54,832 bases of DNA from Candidatus Paceibacter sp. (GTDB lineage Bacteria; Patescibacteriota; Patescibacteriia; Magasanikbacterales; UBA922), in contig DYFM01000010.1 in the NCBI GenBank assembly GCA_020725175.1, positions 1 through 54,832 on the forward strand, in the 5' to 3' direction. Positions 40,664-49,486 of this stretch are shown one piece after another. Within the stretch, counting starts at the first letter, position 1, and the number at the start of each line of letters is the position of its first letter. The notes beneath the pieces were generated by a model, which saw only the letters and a list, made by a program, of their open reading frames with translations, ran no database searches and had not been told where the DNA came from. The position numbers and the translations under genes are program-made.

Positions 40664-40731
40664 AGTTGGCAAGTTGACAAGTTGGCAAGTTAGCAAGTTA
40701 GCAGGTTGGCAAGTTAGTAAGTTAACAAGTT
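40664..40731. repeat. Octamer tandem repeat GTTRRCAA x8
   Basis: GTTGGCAA GTTGACAA GTTGGCAA GTTAGCAA GTTAGCAG GTTGGCAA GTTAGTAA GTTAACAA. Confidence 0.9.
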
Positions 40732-40846
40732 AATTATTTAACAATATAGCAATATAACATACAACAATTCAACAAGATAACAATTCAGCAATATACTAAT
40801 GAAACAATACCCTAACTACCAAAACCACCACAACACCTACTATTCT

Positions 40847-41446
40847 TTACAACAAACTCGACACCTTCTTTTCTACCACTTGCCACAGTTGCTCATGAAT
40901 TTCTTCGATACTCTTGTTTGCATTGATGGGGATCCAGCCATTTTCTTGACCGAGTGTCTGATGAACAGTTCGCACGTTATTCATCAGTTCATCATTGGTT
41001 TCATGCTTATGTCCTATCTCAGTAGAATCCAAGAATCGTTCCCCTTCAAACAAAAATGCTACATCTTCTTTGAGCAGATGTTCGTTGATCCGGTGCATAA
41101 AAGCCGGATCTATGCCTGCGCCAATACCCCAAGCAATTCCGGTACCTACATAATCCTCAGCCACGATATGGATGCCTTCTTTTAGCTTTTTCTTCACTGC
41201 CGGTTCGGCTTGAGTCCGGTTCAACACATAGAGTAATTGTGCTTCGCGAGAAGATAATTGGTGTGGATTTCCACTCCGCAGATAGTCATTGATCATTTCT
41301 CCGGAAGGTGCCAAGTCATATATCGGGTATTTGAGGTATTGTGCTTCATGACCTTCAGACAGCAACCGCTCCACCAGTTTTTTTGCTTGCGTGGTTTTTC
41401 CGAGATTGTTGATTCCGTATAACACGATAAATAATCCTGGTTTCAT
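40847..41446 (-). CDS. tmk: Thymidylate kinase (divergent)
   Basis: FIVLYGINNLGKTTQ P-loop variant, KYP, LLYVLNR; in the dTTP cluster. Confidence 0.8.
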   Translation of the reverse strand: MKPGLFIVLYGINNLGKTTQAKKLVERLLSEGHEAQYLKYPIYDLAPSGEMINDYLRSGNPHQLSSREAQLLYVLNRTQAEPAVKKKLKEGIHIVAEDYVGTGIAWGIGAGIDPAFMHRINEHLLKEDVAFLFEGERFLDSTEIGHKHETNDELMNNVRTVHQTLGQENGWIPINANKSIEEIHEQLWQVVEKKVSSLL

Positions 41447-41447
41447 A

Positions 41448-42353
41448 TTACTCTGTGCTTGATACCGGCGCTCCAGCCGTACTTCCAACCGTTACCTGAG
41501 CTTTACGATACAGGACAACCACAGCGGTAGGGAGCAAAATGATAGCCACGAACACGAGATATAAAATACCAAGCATCATCATGATAACTCCCAACGTTCC
41601 CCTCGCAAAAGCCAAAAGTTGAAACACGTAAAACGGAAGAACAAACACAAACGCCGGAATAACAAGTCGGAACAGCATGGCCCACCATCGGCCTTTAACC
41701 ATTTTTTTACTATTTGTCATCGCCTCTTTTATCGTACTCCCCTTCAATGCCACATCCATCATAGCAAACATATACGCAACCGTGACATACAGAGCATGAA
41801 AAAAACCGTACGCCATCAGAAGCATGGAAAGACCAAACAACGGACCGAAACCAGCACCAGTGTCGCCCGACAACACCCCCGGAACGGCGAGCATCATGAG
41901 TAACATAGCCGCCAAATATGGCACTATAGAATATAGCCCAACCAATAGATTAACCCCTACTGCTCTCCACAGAACACTTTTTTGCGTGTCCCATGTCGGT
42001 ACAGATGTACTCCCTTCTGTTTCAGCAATCGCAGTATTGATCGCACGAACAAATGCGATACCGATTGCGGTGAATACAAGAGTTACCAAAAAAATAATTA
42101 GAGCCAAAAGAAGAGCAAAGAGGACAAACGAACTGCTAAATAGTGATACAAATGCCGACGAATCTATCATTGTTTCCTGGCCGGCCAATTGCATTACTCC
42201 GCCGAGTCCAACAAAAAATAGAATTATGATACTAACAAACAAGCTTACTAAATAAGCAAAGACTAGAATAAGCGGATATTTAATGAGCCGTTTCCACTGT
42301 TTTTTATACACTTCTATTGTCTCTTTAATAAGATCTGTAATGGTGATGAGCAT
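41448..42353 (-). CDS. Multi-pass membrane protein
   Basis: TM helices; SKKMVKGRWW motif. Confidence 0.75.
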   Translation of the reverse strand: MLITITDLIKETIEVYKKQWKRLIKYPLILVFAYLVSLFVSIIILFFVGLGGVMQLAGQETMIDSSAFVSLFSSSFVLFALLLALIIFLVTLVFTAIGIAFVRAINTAIAETEGSTSVPTWDTQKSVLWRAVGVNLLVGLYSIVPYLAAMLLMMLAVPGVLSGDTGAGFGPLFGLSMLLMAYGFFHALYVTVAYMFAMMDVALKGSTIKEAMTNSKKMVKGRWWAMLFRLVIPAFVFVLPFYVFQLLAFARGTLGVIMMMLGILYLVFVAIILLPTAVVVLYRKAQVTVGSTAGAPVSSTE

Positions 42354-42401
42354 AACAATGCTATTTATATGAATACAAAGATTAACATGTTTCTCGATAT
42401 A

Positions 42402-42896
42402 TTACGTTCGCCCCACACCTTCATTTCTTCTATAGGTAACAAACGAGTAACTTTCTCTATCATCTCGCTCCACTTCTCGCCATTTCTCCGTATCAATGCG
42501 AGGAAAAAAAGCCGTCCCATCGGGAATAAACGTATGAACATGGGTGATATAGAGCGTATCCGCGAGTGCAATCGTTTGTTGATATATTTCCGCTCCACCA
42601 ATTGAAACCACCTCTTCCCCTTGATGTGCCGCCAGAGCCTCTTGTATGGTAGTATAACGCTCAACTCCGACTGGTAGTTCGTATGTTTCTTGTCTAGTAA
42701 TGACAATATTCAATCGATTTGGTAAAGGTCGAAATTTTTCCGGTAGCGATTCCCAAGTCTTGCGCCCCATCAAGACAACTTTTTCTGTTGTAAGGTCTCG
42801 AAAACGCCGCAGATCATCGGGAATATGCCAGGGCAACACACCGTCTTTTCCAATACAGCTGTTGCGAGAGATAGCGGCAATGAGGGAGAGGGGCAT
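42402..42896 (-). CDS. folA: Dihydrofolate reductase
   Basis: LPWHIPDD, MGRKTWES, RPLPNR, IGGAEIY. Confidence 0.97.
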   Translation of the reverse strand: MPLSLIAAISRNSCIGKDGVLPWHIPDDLRRFRDLTTEKVVLMGRKTWESLPEKFRPLPNRLNIVITRQETYELPVGVERYTTIQEALAAHQGEEVVSIGGAEIYQQTIALADTLYITHVHTFIPDGTAFFPRIDTEKWREVERDDRESYSFVTYRRNEGVGRT

Positions 42897-42960
42897 AAAG
42901 TGATAGTAAAAATTTTTTTATTCGTTTCCTAAGCTCCTATCTAATTCTCTTATTATTTCC

Positions 42961-43840
42961 TCAATTATCCCAATTATTAGGTGTATCTCCATCTTCGTAT
43001 GAGTAAAATCCATTAGCGCCACTGATATTCGTTCCACTTGCAGCACCTCGACCTGAATTTGAACCATTCCCAGAAAATAGCTTTGATAAAACTATTGCGG
43101 TCGAATTATGTGTAATATGAGATAGAATAGAATGATCAATTCCACGTTCTCGCATTAAATACCATAAAAATAAGCCATGCAGAAAAATATCAATAGGAAT
43201 AGTATCAGTTTTAAAATATTTTCGACCACTTTCATCAGTAGACCGCATATGAAGAAGTGCAAATATCACGTTTGTTGGAATTCCTGCTTTCCAAGCCATG
43301 CCCTTTTCGTTTTGAACAAGTAAATTTGGTAAATATCTTAATAAAATTTCTTCTATTGCAGGCAGAAGTCCTCCGATTACTATTGGCATAATAACAGGCA
43401 TTTCTTCAAGTAACTTTGCTAGTTCTTTATGATTCGGGTTACCTGTTTTAATACCTGCCGCTTTACAGATTTTGCGAAATAGTATTTTACCTATATACAC
43501 AAAGGCTGTTTGAATTTCAGTATCCAAATAATTTTTCCGCTCATCTTTTTCCGTAGTATCATTATCTACCTTGTTATTAATTACCTCTTTCACCGCATCA
43601 TCCCTCTCTTTATCTTCATACCCCCTCTCCGTTTTTTTTTAAACCACCCCTTTCTTGGGCCAGCGTCTCACTATCTCCTTCTACAAGCATTATTCCAGCT
43701 ATAATTCCTGACATGAGTTTTAACATGTCTCTGCGGGAAATTCCTGTTTCTACAGTACCTGCGGCATTAGGAATGCGAGGTTGATCTTGGGTTCTCCCAA
43801 GCATTCCCCTTAATAACTCACGCCTTGATAAAGAAGACAT
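42961..43840 (-). pseudogene. CPBP/CAAX (Abi) intramembrane protease with twin-Arg N-terminus, split by a frameshift in an A9 tract
   Basis: EEILLR, FALLH, HITHN motifs in 42961-43593; SRRELL/SRRDML in 43616-43840; removing one A at 43632-43640 joins both frames. Confidence 0.7.
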
Positions 43841-43850
43841 AGTCTAGTAA

Positions 43851-44723
43851 TTACACAGCAATCTCAAAAGCAATCTTCGGATAGCTTTCGTAGTTTACCA
43901 CCTGAGAATCTTCGGCTTTCCAGCTAAAAATTGATGTAAAGCTATCTGTTTGAAGTGACGGGAGTGCATATTTATCCGGGTCACGAGCAAGTTGTTCTTT
44001 GGCACCATCAATATGGTTTTCATAAATGTGTACATCGGCTAAAAATCCTACCAACTTACCCTCTTTTAATCCCGCTTCCTTTGCGAGTAAATGTAAGAGA
44101 AGTGCGTAACTAGCTATGTTAAAAGGGAGTCCCAGCATAGTATCTACAGATCTCTGATTCCACAGCAAATTTAATCTATCGTTTATTACCGTAACCTGAA
44201 ACCCATAATGACACGGTGGCAATGCCATGGAGTCAAGCATAGTCGGATTCCACGCCATAACAATCATTCGCCTATCATGCGGTGCGGTTTTGAGTCGGTC
44301 AACTATTATTTTGAGCTGATCAATACCCTTATTTACCGAACAAGTGGCATGATCAATATATTCGCCGTTAAAATTTCTCCACTGATATCCATAGATTGGT
44401 CCCAAGTCTCTCTCTTCCATCATTCTCTTTTTTGTTTCTTCATCATGACCATATGGAACTTTTTTAGGATGTGCCCACTCATTCCAAATATGATTATTTT
44501 TTTGTTTCAACCACTCTTTGTCTGTAATTCCTTTTAAAAAAAATTCTAATTCAGTTGCGACTAATCGAAACGGGACCTTTTTCGTAGTTAACAAAGGATA
44601 ACCATTTGCCATATCATGCTCAAACATTGCACCAGCCACAGCTATAGTATCAACCCCAGTTCGATTTGGCTTTCGCTCTCCTTTTTCTAGAATAGTTTTG
44701 ACAATATCATGATATGTCTTCAT
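43851..44723 (-). CDS. thyA: Thymidylate synthase
   Basis: YPLLTTKK, LGPIYGYQWR, LPPCH, QRSVD...PFNIASY. Confidence 0.98.
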   Translation of the reverse strand: MKTYHDIVKTILEKGERKPNRTGVDTIAVAGAMFEHDMANGYPLLTTKKVPFRLVATELEFFLKGITDKEWLKQKNNHIWNEWAHPKKVPYGHDEETKKRMMEERDLGPIYGYQWRNFNGEYIDHATCSVNKGIDQLKIIVDRLKTAPHDRRMIVMAWNPTMLDSMALPPCHYGFQVTVINDRLNLLWNQRSVDTMLGLPFNIASYALLLHLLAKEAGLKEGKLVGFLADVHIYENHIDGAKEQLARDPDKYALPSLQTDSFTSIFSWKAEDSQVVNYESYPKIAFEIAV

Positions 44724-44733
44724 AAAAAAATAA

Positions 44734-45162
44734 TTACCCGGTAGAGCCAAATCCGCCCCGGTTGATTTCTTGCATGGTAGAAACCTCTTCCCACTCTCCG
44801 CGTTCAATACGAACAAACATTCCTTGCGCCAATCGCTCGCCTACTTCCACTACCACATCACGCGAAGAATAATTATGAACCAACAAATGAATTTCATCAG
44901 CCTCCCCACAATAATCTTGATCAATAATACCAACGCCATTGGCCATCTTGAGACCTTTCTTCTTTGCCAAACTTGATCGTGCCGCCAACATGAGCATATA
45001 TCCTAGTGGCGTTTCAATAATCAGATTGGTTGGCAAAAGTTTTGTCTCCCCGGCGGCAATCGTTTCTTTTGTTCGGCTGTACAAATCAAAGGCAACCGCT
45101 CCTGTTGTATGATATTCCGGCAACGGCAAGGTAGGATCTACCCGCTTAATTCGAACCCGCAT
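44734..45162 (-). CDS. dut: dUTP diphosphatase
   Basis: AFDL, ARSSL, GIIDQDY, RLAQ, RGGFGSTG. Confidence 0.96.
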   Translation of the reverse strand: MRVRIKRVDPTLPLPEYHTTGAVAFDLYSRTKETIAAGETKLLPTNLIIETPLGYMLMLAARSSLAKKKGLKMANGVGIIDQDYCGEADEIHLLVHNYSSRDVVVEVGERLAQGMFVRIERGEWEEVSTMQEINRGGFGSTG

Positions 45163-45706
45163 ACTTTTGAACCAAAGCATCAAGCTGTGTATGTAAATCT
45201 TCGAGTGTTCCATCATTATTGATGACTTCACTGGCTTCCCGCATAATAGCGGCGATTTTTTGTTCCGGTTCTTGCTCATGATCAGCCTGAAACTGTTCAA
45301 AGGTCTTGGTTGTATCATCGGTATTTTCTCCACGCGCAACAATACGGTCATAGCGAACTTTCATATCCGCTTCAATCGCTACCAACACAAACCCGGGGAT
45401 TGTACCGAGATAAAGAATATCATCCGGTCGACGAATTCCTTCTACCACAATAATCTGATTCGTGTCATGTTCCACGTCGTTTGCCATAACTCGTGCCAAT
45501 GTATCTTCCCCAAAGTTTTGCCGAAGCGTACTCGATAAGAGTTGCATGTTGTTGCGAGAATGTTCGAGGTACAACCGATCGAGAATATCTCGTAACATAG
45601 TAGAAAATCGATACGTACTGGCTTGGTACCTTTTTTCCAAGTATTCCGCTACCGTTCCTTTTCCACAAGCAATTTGACCGGTAAAACCGAGAATGAGTTT
45701 TGACAT
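45146..45706 (-). CDS. P-loop NMP/dephospho-CoA kinase-like protein
   Basis: GFTGQIACGKGT, VVEGIR, INNDGT. Confidence 0.8.
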   Translation of the reverse strand: MSKLILGFTGQIACGKGTVAEYLEKRYQASTYRFSTMLRDILDRLYLEHSRNNMQLLSSTLRQNFGEDTLARVMANDVEHDTNQIIVVEGIRRPDDILYLGTIPGFVLVAIEADMKVRYDRIVARGENTDDTTKTFEQFQADHEQEPEQKIAAIMREASEVINNDGTLEDLHTQLDALVQKYAGSN

Positions 45707-45746
45707 ATAACAAATAACAGATAACAAATAGCAAACGAAAAAATGA

Positions 45747-46229
45747 TTACTCAATGCTATTTAGTTGATAAGATCGACAGACTATACCGGCAGCATCCAA
45801 CATTCTCCTTGACGCTACAAAAATGTCTTCATCATGATATTTATCGCTTTCATAGATGACTTCCACAATACCGTTTTGTATGATTGCCTTAGCACACTCA
45901 TTGCATGGAAATAAGGTAGAATATAGTTTACACCCTTTTGGTTGGACATTTGCATTGTAAATAGCATTCACCTCTGCATGACAAATATATGCGTATTTTG
46001 TTTCAGACAACTTGACCCCTTCTCTCTGCCAAGGAAGGACCCCGTCTTCTATTCCCCGAGGAAAACCATTGTACCCAAGACCAACCACAATATTATTTTG
46101 ATCAGCAATCACCGCACCAACTTGAGTAGAGGGATCTTTTGAGCGCAGGGCAATGACATGTGCCATACGCATAAAGCATTCATCCCAAGAAATAGCTACC
46201 CGCGGTAGTACTTGTGTGCTCGTTTCCAT
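45747..46229 (-). CDS. dCMP deaminase (ComEB family)
   Basis: RSKDPSTQVGA, GYNG, HAEVNAI, PCNEC. Confidence 0.94.
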   Translation of the reverse strand: METSTQVLPRVAISWDECFMRMAHVIALRSKDPSTQVGAVIADQNNIVVGLGYNGFPRGIEDGVLPWQREGVKLSETKYAYICHAEVNAIYNANVQPKGCKLYSTLFPCNECAKAIIQNGIVEVIYESDKYHDEDIFVASRRMLDAAGIVCRSYQLNSIE

Positions 46230-46284
46230 ATGTAAAAAGTTATTTTCCCCCAGTGTATCAAATTCCCTCTTCTCCCGCAAGTAC

Positions 46285-46309
46285 AAAAAACCCGCCGGGC
46301 GGGCGGGTT
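46285..46309 (-). terminator. rplA terminator
   Basis: AACCCGCC/GGCGGGTT stem plus T6 on the minus strand. Confidence 0.8.
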
Positions 46310-46329
46310 GGATATGTTTCTCAAATTTC

Positions 46330-47010
46330 TTACATGTTGGCGTCTACTCGGACACTTGGTCCCATACTGGTACTCAAGTACAACGCTTTGATGTACGCAC
46401 CTTTGGCAGCTGATGGCTTAGCTTTTTTGAGCGCATCTACAAAGGCCAAAATGTTTTCTTTGATTTTCACGTCGTCAAAACTGATTTTTCCGACTGCTTG
46501 ATGAATATTTGATGTGTCGTCGTTCTTAAAAGCAACTTTACCGGCTTTCAGTTCTCGAATCATCTTTGCCACATCCGGATCAACGGTTCCGGTCTTGGGG
46601 TTTGGCATGAGGCCTTTTGGACCAAGCACACGAGCGGCTGGAGCCAGTTTTGGCATCATATCCGGAGTCGCTACCGCTACATCAAATTCCACTTTTCCGG
46701 TATCTTTAATAGCTTTGATTTCTTCTTCACCGTAGATAAAGTCTGCTCCGGCTTCTTTGGCTGCTTTTTCACCGTTTGGACCTACAAAAGCGGCTACTTT
46801 TTTGGTTTTTCCGGTTCCGTGTGGAAGCTCTACCGTCGCACGAATCTGTTGATCACTTTTCTTTGGATCAATTCCCAAGCGCGCGTGCACTTCTACACTA
46901 GCATCAAATTTGACAGTATGAGTTTCTTTGAGCAGCTGTACTGCTTCATCGAGCCCGTACACTTTGGTCTTATCGACCTTCGCGGCAATCGCCTGCATTC
47001 TTTTTGACAT
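46330..47010 (-). CDS. rplA: 50S ribosomal protein L1
   Basis: KFDASVE, LPHGTGK, LGPKGLMPNPKTGT, STSMGPS. Confidence 0.99.
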   Translation of the reverse strand: MSKRMQAIAAKVDKTKVYGLDEAVQLLKETHTVKFDASVEVHARLGIDPKKSDQQIRATVELPHGTGKTKKVAAFVGPNGEKAAKEAGADFIYGEEEIKAIKDTGKVEFDVAVATPDMMPKLAPAARVLGPKGLMPNPKTGTVDPDVAKMIRELKAGKVAFKNDDTSNIHQAVGKISFDDVKIKENILAFVDALKKAKPSAAKGAYIKALYLSTSMGPSVRVDANM

Positions 47011-47019
47011 ACTCTATAT

Positions 47020-47123
47020 ATACGAATGATGCAAATATTTGTGCGAATGATGCAAATTATGCGAATAACATTGTTTATCTATTTGCATAATTTACGTCAT
47101 TCGCGTGTATTCGCGTATTCGTA
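47020..47123. repeat. Mirror repeat element between the L1 site and rplA
   Basis: CGAATGATGCAAAT x2 facing ATTTGCAT...CATTCGC...TATTCGTA. Confidence 0.75.
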
Positions 47124-47128
47124 TCCTA

Positions 47129-47164
47129 TTGTGGTTCTAACCCCCGAGTGGTCGAGGTCCCACA
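47129..47164 (-). ncRNA. L1-binding autoregulatory leader
   Basis: Minus strand UGUGGGA-CCUCGA..UCGGGG-GUUAGAACCACA resembles the GUGGGA...ACCAC L1 mRNA site. Confidence 0.7.
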
Positions 47165-47675
47165 GATTGAATTATTTCCAAATCCCAGGATACAAGTTCC
47201 AAGGATAAAGTGGCGGAATTATACTATATTTGGTGATTTTGTCAAGGGGTGGTGCGGCGTATTTCCTCTTGTTATTTCCGTGGTTTTTCTTTATACTTAA
47301 GGTGCTTTTGAGTACTTTGATGTGGAACCATACAGGGTTATGGTTACACGTTTTTATGAAAATAGTGGCTTATTTTAGCAAAATTTTTTAGAGGTTCGTA
47401 TATAAGGAGTTATATGACATACATTTTTACAATTTGATATTTTTTCACTCTGCTTTTTTTGAATAAGGAATTATATAATAAGATTTTTCATTATTTAATG
47501 AGGGGGATAAAGCGGTATTTTTACTCCGTTCCTCCGCAAAAATGATTATTTGATAAGGGGGAAATAATCATTTTCTCCGCTATCGCTCCGAAAATGATTA
47601 TTTAATTTAAGTAGGAAAATTAAATAAAATTAGTATATTATAAACACAAGATTTTAACAGATAAAAAACTTTTCT

Positions 47676-49484
47676 ATGGCAAAGATAAAAGACATTTCAA
47701 AAGTACTTCGTCCAAGGGAGAAATTTCTCCAAAAAGGACCAAATGCACTTTCTAAAAGTGATCTTTTAGCTATTGTTTTAGGAAGTGGAATAAAAGGAAA
47801 AAATGTTCAAGAACTTGCACAGCAGATTGTCAAAAAATTTAGTGATAATTTTTTAGATGTTACTGTTGATGACTTACAAACAGTTGATGGAATAGGTCCA
47901 GCAAAAGCCTTACAAATTGCTTCGGCAATCGCTTTGGTAAAAAGATATTATGAAGAAAAGAACGGAAAAGAAATTGTTATTAAAAATTCAAAAAATGTTT
48001 TGAATTTAACTTATGATTTGAGAGAAAAGAAAAAAGAATATTTGGTTTGCTTATATCTCAATGCAAGAAATGTTTTAATTAAGAAAGAAACAATAAGTGT
48101 TGGTTTACTTGATAAAAGTTTACTTCATCCAAGAGAAATTTTTCATCCTGCGGTTGAGTTAAATTCTGCAAGCATAATTTTAGTTCACAATCACCCTTCG
48201 GGGAATTCTACACCAAGTGAAAAAGATAAGGAAGTTGTTAAAAAAATAGCACAAGCAGGAGAACTTATGGGGATTCCTGTAATTGATTTTTTGATTACTT
48301 CTGAAAAAGACGATTACAGTTTTTTTGAAGAACTAAAAGATCAAAACAGAAGTTTTGATTATGTTGCTGACGGAGTACAAGGAACTTTGTTTGATTATTT
48401 GGAGATTGAAAAATCAGCTTATAATGTAAGTGTTCAAAAAATAGACAAAGTCTATTTTCAACCAACACAAACAAAAAATAATTTTTTCCAATTACAAAAT
48501 CGTAGATATTTGGGAAATAAGTATAAATTACTCGGTTTTATTGAAGATATAATTTCTGAAAAGTGTGGAGATATAAAATCTTTTTGCGATATTTTTTCTG
48601 GAACCGGTGTCGTTGGGGAAAGATTTAACAATGGAGAAATTAAAATTATTTCTAACGATTTACTTAATGCAAACTATGTTTGTTTAAAAGCATTTTTAGG
48701 ATCAAAAGAAAATATTGAAGAAAATATTGTTGAGAAAATAAATCATCTAAACAACTTGAAAGCAAAAGAAGAAAATTATTTTTCAGAGCATTTTGGAGGG
48801 ACATTTTTTACAATTGAGAATGCAAAAAAAATTGGTGCAATTCGTGAAGAAATAGAAAAAATTGCAAAAAATGAAGAAGAAAAAAATATTTTACTTTGTT
48901 CTTTGATTTATGCCGTCGATAAAGTTGCAAATACAGTTGGTCATTATGATGCTTTTAGAAAAAAACTTGATTCTGTTCAGCCTTTAAATCTTTTAATTCC
49001 TGATATTGACTATTCCCATAATTCACAAAATGAGGTTTACAATGAAGATTCAAATTCATTAATTCGTAAAATTTCTTGTGATGTTTTGTATATAGACCCT
49101 CCTTATAATTCAAGGCAATATTGCGATGCTTATCATCTTTTAGAAAATTTATCAGAATGGAAAAAGCCAAAAGTCGAGGGGATTGGAAAAAAAATGGATC
49201 GTTCACACATTAAAAGTGCTTATTGTTTAAAGAATGCAACACAGGCTTTTGAAGATTTAATTAGAAATGCAAATTGTAAACACATTTTGTTATCATATAA
49301 CAATACAGCAGATTCAAAAGATGATCGCTCTAATGCTAGAATGAAAGATGATGATATTATTAGAATTTTGAAAGAAAAAGGAGAAATTGAAATCTTTGAA
49401 AAAGATTATAAAGCATTTACCACTGGAAAAAGTGATGGAGAAGGAAATGCTGAAAGAATATTTTATTGTAAAGTAACTAAATAA
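47676..49484 (+). CDS. Fusion of RadC (HhH + JAB) and N6-adenine DNA methyltransferase (D12/FokI-like)
   Basis: RPREK, GIGPAKA, HPREIF, HNHPSG; then RRYLGNK, DIFSGTG, YIDPPY in one frame. Confidence 0.9.
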   Translation: MAKIKDISKVLRPREKFLQKGPNALSKSDLLAIVLGSGIKGKNVQELAQQIVKKFSDNFLDVTVDDLQTVDGIGPAKALQIASAIALVKRYYEEKNGKEIVIKNSKNVLNLTYDLREKKKEYLVCLYLNARNVLIKKETISVGLLDKSLLHPREIFHPAVELNSASIILVHNHPSGNSTPSEKDKEVVKKIAQAGELMGIPVIDFLITSEKDDYSFFEELKDQNRSFDYVADGVQGTLFDYLEIEKSAYNVSVQKIDKVYFQPTQTKNNFFQLQNRRYLGNKYKLLGFIEDIISEKCGDIKSFCDIFSGTGVVGERFNNGEIKIISNDLLNANYVCLKAFLGSKENIEENIVEKINHLNNLKAKEENYFSEHFGGTFFTIENAKKIGAIREEIEKIAKNEEEKNILLCSLIYAVDKVANTVGHYDAFRKKLDSVQPLNLLIPDIDYSHNSQNEVYNEDSNSLIRKISCDVLYIDPPYNSRQYCDAYHLLENLSEWKKPKVEGIGKKMDRSHIKSAYCLKNATQAFEDLIRNANCKHILLSYNNTADSKDDRSNARMKDDDIIRILKEKGEIEIFEKDYKAFTTGKSDGEGNAERIFYCKVTK

Positions 49485-49486
49485 TT

